Shown: positions 57,057 to 64,000 of the stretch, one piece after another
How positions within the stretch are numbered: the stretch's first letter is position 1
Layout: each line of letters starts with the position of its first letter
Assembly: GCA_020052375.1 (NCBI GenBank)
Contig: JAGVPG010000034.1
Span: forward strand, 7,660 to 71,659
DNA: 64,000 bases
Source of the DNA: Actinomycetota bacterium
GTDB taxonomy: Bacteria > Actinomycetota > JAHEXW01 > JAGVPG01
Reading direction: 5' to 3'
The notes under the pieces: generated by a model
The model's database searches: none
The model's input: only the letters and a program-made list of their open reading frames with translations
Told to the model about the DNA's origin: nothing
Program-made: the position numbers and the translations under genes

Positions 57057-58190
57057 ATGGACGAAACACCAAAGGATATCCAGAATGGGTCGGAAAAGAA
57101 ACCCGCGGGAGATCATGGTGAACAGGAAGAAAATATAGAGAAGAAACTACCGCGGTCTAAACCGGAAGGCGCCAAGCCACCCGGTCAAAGGCCGCCTGGA
57201 GCTCGCCCGCCGGGCGCTCCGGTGCCGAGGCCACGCCCGAAAACGGGACGCGAAGTACGACGCCACCCGATCTTCAGAAGGTTTATCAACATCACAAGCA
57301 TCATAGGCATAATCATGATCCTTCTTCTCTTCTTCGGTCTGCCGAACTTAGTCACATTCCAGCCGGCGTTCTGCGGCCAATGCCATTCGGATGCCAAGAG
57401 ACCCGTATACCAGCAATGGAAGACATCTACGCACGCCAAGATCGGATGTATGCAATGCCATGTCCGGCCGGGGCTTAAGAACATCTTCTTGAGCCGGATC
57501 GGGCTGGCGCAAGAGATCTGGATGCGGGTCGTGCCGTCCGAGAAGAGAGAGAAACCGGTCGGCTTCGACTCGCCGCCGACGAACGAAACGTGTATGCCGT
57601 GCCACGAAGCGCGGAAGAGGATATCTCCCAGTGGCGACATCGTCATACCGCATCAGTCGCATATCAAGATCAGGAAGCTGAACTGCGTCGATTGTCACCA
57701 GAACTTCGTCTGCCGGCGGACGTCGAAGACCAAGGCGCTCGTATCTATGGAAGGATGTTACAGGTGCCACAACGGGCGGAGGGCCACCAACGAGTGTACG
57801 GCTTGTCATACGGAGAAGGGCGTGCCCGCTTCGCACAGGGACAAATGGGTCCTTCAGCACGGAACGGAGGCCCAGACGGATAAAGACACTTGTATGGAAT
57901 GCCACTCGAAACCGAAGGATTTCTGCAAAAGCTGCCACGGCGTCAAACCGCCCTCTCACACGGCGGATTTCGGAATCGCGCATGCGACATACGCCAGAGA
58001 AAATAAAGCGGCTTGCCTGGAATGCCATGATGAAAAAGGCGTCTGCGCCAAGTGCCACGGCGATACGGGGCGCCAGCATAACGAGAACTGGTTGGGCATT
58101 CATCCGAGCGTCGCGAGGAGCGGCATCAGGGATTGTTTTGAATGTCACAGTAAGATACACTGCAATACATGTCATCGTTCACCACATTAA
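57057..58190 (+). CDS. Membrane-anchored dodecaheme c-type cytochrome
   Basis: A Pro/Arg-rich N-terminal region, a TM, then 12 CXXCH motifs. It shares the NapC/NrfH-like N-terminal module with the ORFs at 6547, 52906 and 53758. Confidence 0.7.
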   Translation: MDETPKDIQNGSEKKPAGDHGEQEENIEKKLPRSKPEGAKPPGQRPPGARPPGAPVPRPRPKTGREVRRHPIFRRFINITSIIGIIMILLLFFGLPNLVTFQPAFCGQCHSDAKRPVYQQWKTSTHAKIGCMQCHVRPGLKNIFLSRIGLAQEIWMRVVPSEKREKPVGFDSPPTNETCMPCHEARKRISPSGDIVIPHQSHIKIRKLNCVDCHQNFVCRRTSKTKALVSMEGCYRCHNGRRATNECTACHTEKGVPASHRDKWVLQHGTEAQTDKDTCMECHSKPKDFCKSCHGVKPPSHTADFGIAHATYARENKAACLECHDEKGVCAKCHGDTGRQHNENWLGIHPSVARSGIRDCFECHSKIHCNTCHRSPH

Positions 58191-58847
58191 ATGCTATTGA
58201 AAGGAGCCAAACTGAAGATATCTGAGATCCCCGAACCGACGATCATGCGCTTGACCGTCTACGCGAGGTGTCTTACAGACCTCGTCAAGCAAAATGTGCA
58301 GGTGGTCTCGTCGGAAAAACTGGCGAACGAGGCCGGCGTGAATGCTGCTCAAGTCCGTAAAGACCTGTCTTATCTGGGCAGCTTCGGGCGACGGGGGGTA
58401 GGTTACGAAACGAATCATCTTTTGAACAAGATATCGATCTGCCTCGGGTTGACGAAAGAACGGTCGATAGTGATCGTAGGGGTAGGTAAACTTGGAAGCG
58501 CTCTTTTAGGATATCAAGGGTTCCTGGAAAAAGGTTTCAAGATGGTGGCGGCTTTTGATACGGACAAACGCCGGATCGGCTCGAGCATCGGCGGTATCGA
58601 GGTCATAGATCTTGAGCGTGTCGACGAGATCATCAAGAAGAAGAATGTCGAGATAGGGATCATCGCGGTTCCCGCGGAAGCGGCGCAAAAGGTGGCCGAC
58701 AGGCTAGTCGTAGCCGGGATCAAAAGCATATTGAACTTTGCTCCGGTCGTGATCAAGGTTCCCGAGTCGATCCTCCTGAGAAGGGTGGATCTGTCAAGCG
58801 AACTCGAGATACTATCCCACTATCTGAACTCGTCGCATAAGGAATAA
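58191..58847 (+). CDS. rex: Redox-sensing transcriptional repressor Rex
   Basis: KISEIPEPTIMRLTVYARCL... is the N-terminal wHTH. The Rossmann segment IVIVGVGKLGSALLGY and C-terminal IKSILNFAPVVIKVPE match Rex end to end. Confidence 0.85.
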   Translation: MLLKGAKLKISEIPEPTIMRLTVYARCLTDLVKQNVQVVSSEKLANEAGVNAAQVRKDLSYLGSFGRRGVGYETNHLLNKISICLGLTKERSIVIVGVGKLGSALLGYQGFLEKGFKMVAAFDTDKRRIGSSIGGIEVIDLERVDEIIKKKNVEIGIIAVPAEAAQKVADRLVVAGIKSILNFAPVVIKVPESILLRRVDLSSELEILSHYLNSSHKE

Positions 58848-58861
58848 AGAGATGGTGAGGC

Positions 58862-59635
58862 ATGGCGTTCGAAGAGAAGACCAGGATAACTCTATACATC
58901 TTATTGATCCTCTTCGCGATCTTTCTGCTGGCCGTCGTTCTCGCTTATATCGATAATAACGGCATACTCGTACCGGGCAAGCTGAAGATATATGATGTCC
59001 GCTACAACCGCCCCCTCTATAACAAGGGCTCTTACCACATCTTCAACGTCTACGACTTCAAGAAGAAAAGATTTGAGGGAGTCGCGGCGATCTGTCGCAA
59101 AGTCGGCCGTTTCTCATATGTCTTTGCAGAGAAGGAGCTCGACGTACCTAAAAAAACCGTCGAGTATGTCTCCAGCAATTTCGACACCTACATATATCCC
59201 ACTTTCGACGACGCTTTGACAGGACAGCTGTCAAAAGGCGTTAATGACGACAACCGCGTAGTCATCCTGTTTCTGGACAAGGACCGGGCTTTCCCGCTGG
59301 CGATCAGGGACAAACTGCTGAAAGGCTTCTACACGCAGACAAACGAACGGACCCGCATGTTCTTCGCGCCGTCCAACGAATCGAAAGTCCTGTATGTCTT
59401 CGTGAATCCCCTTATCGATTCGGATGAAGATGTGGTCGAGACCGTCGCGCATGAAGCGAACCATCTAAAAAACTGGAGCATAATCAAGACGAATATCGGG
59501 TTTACCTTTACATCAGCCTTTTTTATAGCTACATTATTCCTGTTGTATCTGGGACTGACAGGCCTTTACTACAGGTTCATGTCGGCCAGGGATGTCGGCC
59601 GAAGAAGGGTGGCTCATGAAGATCGAGACGTATGA
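58862..59635 (+). CDS. Membrane-anchored protein with an HExxH motif (putative zinc metallopeptidase-like)
   Basis: N-terminal TM; VAHEANHL is an HExxH motif. A C-terminal TM is present. Confidence 0.35.
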   Translation: MAFEEKTRITLYILLILFAIFLLAVVLAYIDNNGILVPGKLKIYDVRYNRPLYNKGSYHIFNVYDFKKKRFEGVAAICRKVGRFSYVFAEKELDVPKKTVEYVSSNFDTYIYPTFDDALTGQLSKGVNDDNRVVILFLDKDRAFPLAIRDKLLKGFYTQTNERTRMFFAPSNESKVLYVFVNPLIDSDEDVVETVAHEANHLKNWSIIKTNIGFTFTSAFFIATLFLLYLGLTGLYYRFMSARDVGRRRVAHEDRDV

Positions 59636-61028
59636 CCGGCTGATCATGATCGGCGCTTTTATCGTTTACCTGATCCTTTTCGAATCGTGGCTGCGCGTAG
59701 CGCCCGATCCCGGCTGGGGCAACATCGGCCTTGTATTCCTCATGGTGCCGATGGTGACCGTCGTCGTGTTCTACGGGATCTGGTGGTCGCTATTTTTAGG
59801 GATCTTCCTCTCCGCTCTATACTTGCCCGTGATATGGCCTTCCTTAGTCGTAGGCAAGACGTCCGTCCTGGAAGTGGTGATGAAGTTCGCGCTCGTCTTC
59901 GCCGCGGCTATCGGAGCCGAGCTTTTCCGCAGATACGAGATAAAAAAGAGGATCAAACTGGCGGATCTGGCCGAGCGGTTGGAGAAGAAAGTCGAGCAGC
60001 AGAAGGCGCTGATAAAAGCGCAGCAAGCGCTCGGGACGGATCTTGATTATCACAACCAGCTCCAGGCGTTCATGCATTGGGCGGTCCGCCTCGTATCGTC
60101 GGAAGCCGGGTATCTGATGATCTATGACCGGAAGAAGAAACACATAGAAGTCATCCTACCCGATGAGCCGGAAGAAGAAAAGGAAATGCCGGAACCTTTC
60201 CGGAAAATGGAGTCGATGAAATCCGGGAAGGTCACGGACGAACAGGTATTCGACCTGATCGAAGAGATGAACGAACACAAGCATGTCTTATGCATCCCGC
60301 TTTATGTAGAGAAGCAGCTTGCCGGAAGCTTATGCCTGGTCGGCGGGGAACACCATTTTACGGACAACGACGAGAACCTGGTCAATATGCTGGGCGAGAA
60401 GGCGCAGGTGGCTATAGACAACGCGCGGCTTCATGAGAAGAACACGGAGCTGTTCATAAGCAGTATCATCGCGCTGGCGAAGATCATTAATGCCAGAGAC
60501 CCGCTGACCAAAGACCACTCGGACCGTGTCGCGCGACTGTCCAGCATGCTTGCCACAGAGTTCGGGCTGGAAGACGCGATGGTCTCCGCCATGATGCAAG
60601 CCGGAGAGCTGCATGACATCGGTAGGATCATCATACCTGACCAGATCCTTAAGAAACCTGGATCGCTGACCAAGGACGAATACGAGATCGTCAAGAAACA
60701 TCCGGAAACCGGTTATGAGCTGCTGAAAGGCGTAACCGCCTTCGAAGACATCCTACCGGCGGTCTTACATCATCACGAGAGGTATGACGGCCAGGGCTAT
60801 CCGAAAGGCCTTAAAGGGGCGAAGATACCGCTGATCGCCAGGATCGTATCGGTGGCCGACGTATTCGAGGCGTTGACGTCGGACAGGTCGCATAGGGGCA
60901 GCATAGCTCCGGAGGAAGCGCTCGAAGTCCTTAATGAGGTCTCGGGGAAGCAACTCGACCCTGAACTGGTCGATGTTTTCTGCTCCGCGTATATGAAACA
61001 TAGAGAAAGGTATGCGGTAGAGGTCTAG
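59616..61028 (+). CDS. HD-GYP domain c-di-GMP phosphodiesterase with an N-terminal membrane domain and central GAF-like domain
   Basis: HDIGRI...HHERYDGQGYPKGL are the HD and GYP motifs. Four N-terminal TMs. The start is called at ATG 59616. Confidence 0.8.
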   Translation: MKIETYDRLIMIGAFIVYLILFESWLRVAPDPGWGNIGLVFLMVPMVTVVVFYGIWWSLFLGIFLSALYLPVIWPSLVVGKTSVLEVVMKFALVFAAAIGAELFRRYEIKKRIKLADLAERLEKKVEQQKALIKAQQALGTDLDYHNQLQAFMHWAVRLVSSEAGYLMIYDRKKKHIEVILPDEPEEEKEMPEPFRKMESMKSGKVTDEQVFDLIEEMNEHKHVLCIPLYVEKQLAGSLCLVGGEHHFTDNDENLVNMLGEKAQVAIDNARLHEKNTELFISSIIALAKIINARDPLTKDHSDRVARLSSMLATEFGLEDAMVSAMMQAGELHDIGRIIIPDQILKKPGSLTKDEYEIVKKHPETGYELLKGVTAFEDILPAVLHHHERYDGQGYPKGLKGAKIPLIARIVSVADVFEALTSDRSHRGSIAPEEALEVLNEVSGKQLDPELVDVFCSAYMKHRERYAVEV

Positions 61029-61262
61029 CATCACCATAATGCCAGTTCAACATATATAAAGCACCCTTTTATGTTCTTGCGTCATATTTCCCAATCTGCT
61101 ATAATGTAATTGCTTGAAAAAGCGCCTGTGAAGTGCTGTGAAGTAGAACACTAAAAACCTCCTGACGTATGGTGGTACAGGAAGGGAATGTCTTTTTGTC
61201 TTTAAAAGGCATTATAGGACGCTGCGTGCCCTAAATCATCCCTGCCTGTTATTAGGCTATCT

Positions 61263-62780
61263 GTGGAGCGGGATTTGGCTGACACTGACAAGGGTGACAA
61301 GAAAGAGAAGAAGGAAGAAAAGCCTAAGAAACCGGTAAAGCGTCCCGCGAAGCCAAAGGGGCAGGCAAAACCGGCAGGAGGTTCCGGGGAAAAGAAACCG
61401 GGGACAGAACAAGACAAGAAGCCTTCTGTATCAGGAGCTGCTCCCGGAGGGCAAGCACTGGCGACCACAGGTCAACCGGCACCACGCCCGAAGGGACGCA
61501 ATGGAAACGGGCGCACCAAAGAGGAAGAACGCCGCCGCCGGGTGATCCTAGCCCTATGGCTCCTCATGTTCAGCATCCTTACAGGCGTCTTCGTATTCAT
61601 CTTCCTAAACCTTTTCAGTCCCGCGGGACGCAAAGAGACAGCCAAGAAATGCCTCGATTGTCACGATAAAGGAATGGCCAGGCAACTGAACGCTCAGTAC
61701 AAACACGAGCCGTTCGAGAGGGAAAGATGCACCGAGTGCCACAAGGACGTCGTCTGCGACAAGGAGAAGAAGAAGTTCGCCGTCCTCAAGGGCTCGCTCA
61801 AGACCATCTGTTTCGGTTGTCACACCAAGGCCAAGTCGGATGAGAAAAAGAAAAACGTCCATAAGCCGTTCAAAGGTAAAAGATGTACGGATTGCCATGA
61901 TCCCCATGGGTCCGATTTCGAGAAGATCACCATTCTACCCGCCAACGAACTCTGCGTTTCATGCCACTACGGCAGCAGCTTCACACAGGTATTCAAGCAC
62001 CAACCGGCCGAGATGCGTAACTGCATCGACTGCCATGAGCCTCACTCCAGCGACTACGACAAGCACATGACGATGGACGAGGGCGACCTCTGCTACAGCT
62101 GTCATCTCAGAGTCGCGCAGCAGACTTACCGGCCATTCAAGCACAAACCGTTCGGCGACGAAAAATGTGTGGATTGCCACAAACCGCACAGCGCGGGAGA
62201 AAAGCGTCTGCTGGTCAAGGAGTACAACAGCATGTGCAAGGGTTGCCACCCTATTGTGGAAGGAGAGTTCGGAAAACCGAACCATCATCCGCTGGGGCGG
62301 GCGCCTATCGAGAACTGCGGCAAATGCCACCTGTATCATTCCGCCGACTACGCCAAACTGCTGCCGCTGCCGGGGACCGTCAACTGTTATCAGGCCCCGT
62401 GTCATCCGGGCTTGAGGGAGACATTTGAAGCCTCGGAGCATAACAGCAGCGTAATGGCTATGCTGGCGCAAAGGAACTTTGCCGTGAACTGCAGCGCGTG
62501 CCACTCGCCTCACGGGTCGGATTACACGCGGATGCTGACCAAGAGCAAATATACAGTCTGCCAGACGTGCCACACATTCGCGGGTACGATCGGAGAACAT
62601 ACGGTGTTCACACATGTCAACCAACCACCTGCTCCTGACAGATGGCATGGCGATTATATGTGGTGCGGGAGTTGCCACGCTTTTCACGGGTCGCCGTTTC
62701 CCAACATGAGGCTTGCATGGGGAGATGACCTATGCATAAAATGTCATAACACTGAGCAGATGGAAAACGTGAACAGATGA
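61263..62780 (+). CDS. Membrane-anchored multiheme c-type cytochrome (~14 CXXCH sites, several CXXCH-x-PH doubled-motif type)
   Basis: A Lys-rich N-terminus, a TM, then CLDCH, CTECH, CFGCH, CTDCHDPH, CVSCH, CIDCHEPH, CYSCH, CVDCHKPH, CKGCH, CGKCHLYH, CSACHSPH, CQTCH, CGSCHAFH, CIKCH. Confidence 0.7.
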   Translation: MERDLADTDKGDKKEKKEEKPKKPVKRPAKPKGQAKPAGGSGEKKPGTEQDKKPSVSGAAPGGQALATTGQPAPRPKGRNGNGRTKEEERRRRVILALWLLMFSILTGVFVFIFLNLFSPAGRKETAKKCLDCHDKGMARQLNAQYKHEPFERERCTECHKDVVCDKEKKKFAVLKGSLKTICFGCHTKAKSDEKKKNVHKPFKGKRCTDCHDPHGSDFEKITILPANELCVSCHYGSSFTQVFKHQPAEMRNCIDCHEPHSSDYDKHMTMDEGDLCYSCHLRVAQQTYRPFKHKPFGDEKCVDCHKPHSAGEKRLLVKEYNSMCKGCHPIVEGEFGKPNHHPLGRAPIENCGKCHLYHSADYAKLLPLPGTVNCYQAPCHPGLRETFEASEHNSSVMAMLAQRNFAVNCSACHSPHGSDYTRMLTKSKYTVCQTCHTFAGTIGEHTVFTHVNQPPAPDRWHGDYMWCGSCHAFHGSPFPNMRLAWGDDLCIKCHNTEQMENVNR

Positions 62781-63541
62781 GATTGTCTGATCTTTCCAAC
62801 GAGCAACTGAACAAAGCCACATGGATAGTCGTCGCGCTGATAGTGATCACACTGTCGGCGGCAGGCGGCTATTTTGCGTATAAGAACTATCTGACCGGAA
62901 ACATCCCTCCGCTTATCCAGAAGGAGATGGACAAGGCCAAGCAGGACATCGCCAAGGATCCGAAGAACGTAGAAGCCAGGATCAAACTGGCGAACCTGTA
63001 TATCGGCGAGAACATGAACAGCGAGGCGAAACTCGAACTCGAACAGGTCCTCAAGATAAACAAGAACCACATCGCCGCGCTGACTCTTCTGGGCACCGTT
63101 TACGAATCGACCGGGCAGGACAATCAGGCGGTGACCTATTATAAGAAAGCCATTGCCGTCGCGGAAAAGACCGAGTTCAAGGCCTTGAACATATACCTGT
63201 ACGAAGCGTATTACCGGCTCGGTTCGATCTATCTCAAACAGAAGGCGTATGATAAGGCGATAGAGGTCTTGAAGAAAGACTCGTCGTTGAATCCGATGGA
63301 CTCGGACCTTCACTATCAGCTCGGGCAAGCGTATCTTAAGAAAGGCGACGCGGATACGGCCATCCTCGAGTTCTCGGACGCGCTGAAGTACGTGCCCAAC
63401 TACGCTGAGGCCTATTTCGGCTTGGGGCAGGCGTATGAGAAGAAAGGCGACAAGCCGAAGGCGATAGAGGCTTATCAGAACGCGTTGAAATACAAATCGG
63501 ATTACGAAGACGCCAAGAAAGCGTTGGAGAAGCTGAAATGA
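62777..63541 (+). CDS. TPR-repeat protein with N-terminal TM anchor
   Basis: AYFGLGQAYEKKGDKPKAIEAYQNAL and related 34-aa repeats. Confidence 0.6.
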   Translation: MRLSDLSNEQLNKATWIVVALIVITLSAAGGYFAYKNYLTGNIPPLIQKEMDKAKQDIAKDPKNVEARIKLANLYIGENMNSEAKLELEQVLKINKNHIAALTLLGTVYESTGQDNQAVTYYKKAIAVAEKTEFKALNIYLYEAYYRLGSIYLKQKAYDKAIEVLKKDSSLNPMDSDLHYQLGQAYLKKGDADTAILEFSDALKYVPNYAEAYFGLGQAYEKKGDKPKAIEAYQNALKYKSDYEDAKKALEKLK

Positions 63542-64000
63542 GCATAGTCGACAAAGAGATCGAGAAAGAAGCTCTTAAAGCAAGAAAAAAGAAGATCAAG
63601 ATACTGCTCGGACTGGTGGGTCTGCTGGCTGTTATCATAGCCGTCGTCCTCTTCTTGATCTTTAACAAGAAGCCCGTGATCAACATCATTCCCGGACGCG
63701 TCGGCCCGCCGGCCTACACGGAATCGATCTACGGGGATTTCAACTGGCCCCTGGGTGTTGCGACCAGTCCTGACGGAGGCAAGATCTATGTGGTCGATTC
63801 GAACAACCGGAAGGTCAAGATGTTCGACCGTAATGGCAATGCGCAGGGTGATTTCGGCGGAGAAGCCAAGTCGTCCAGCAAACAGCCCGGTTTTTCCAAC
63901 CCTTTATATATCGCCGTCAATTCGAAAGGGCAGGTATATGTCTCGGACAGGACGATGTCGATGGTCAGCATATTCGACGGCAACGGCAAGTTCATCGAGC
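63538..64000 (+). CDS. NHL-repeat protein (partial, continues beyond the window)
   Basis: N-terminal TM, then PLGVATSPDGGKIYVVDSNNRKVKMFDRNG...PLYIAVNSKGQVYVSDRTMSMVSIFDGNGKF, which are NHL repeats. Confidence 0.55.
   Translation, partial: MSIVDKEIEKEALKARKKKIKILLGLVGLLAVIIAVVLFLIFNKKPVINIIPGRVGPPAYTESIYGDFNWPLGVATSPDGGKIYVVDSNNRKVKMFDRNGNAQGDFGGEAKSSSKQPGFSNPLYIAVNSKGQVYVSDRTMSMVSIFDGNGKFIE

Overview
This 64-kb window has a GC-rich core (~55%) of anaerobic energy and cofactor metabolism. The core is interrupted by a ~31-kb accessory island (~16.7-47.6 kb) that is repeat-rich and partly low-GC.

Core, left side (1-16.6 kb): a tungstate/molybdate-type ABC transporter; molybdenum-cofactor genes moeA-moaA-moaC-MOSC-mogA; a system-I cytochrome c maturation cluster in the unusual order ccmE-F-A-B-C-D, with a degenerate extra CcmC paralog and a NapC/NrfH-like multiheme cytochrome embedded; a HemX/CcsA-like protein; and heme genes hemA-hemC-cobA/hemD. 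A tRNA-Ala(CGC) sits on the minus strand at 16587-16661.

Core, right side (47.6-64 kb): hemB, an AhbD/NirJ-like radical-SAM protein (alternative heme pathway), hemL, a multiheme cytochrome plus b-type cytochrome pair, three paralogous 10-12-heme cytochromes, lnt, rex, an HD-GYP phosphodiesterase, another multiheme cytochrome, a TPR protein and an NHL-repeat protein.

Island contents: a split permease pair, a Fic protein, a DUF169 protein, an 809-aa orphan membrane-anchored protein, a small-ORF + nucleotidyltransferase pair, and a lipoprotein with a duplicated 3' fragment. It also holds a divergent SIR2-like protein paired with a 1090-aa methyltransferase-STAND(NB-ARC)-TPR protein, which is the strongest candidate for a novel defence module. 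Further along are PA14/SdrD-B/DUF11 surface proteins, an IS256-family insertion sequence (IS) disrupting a gene, DUF3795, tandem DUF4013 paralogs and an AAA ATPase (DUF4143).

Intergenic space throughout is built from at least five families of short palindromic or direct repeats. Some of these carry stop codons or ribosome-binding sites, and one family forms inverted copies at the two edges of the island. All calls come from reading the sequence and six-frame translations only. No database search was run.
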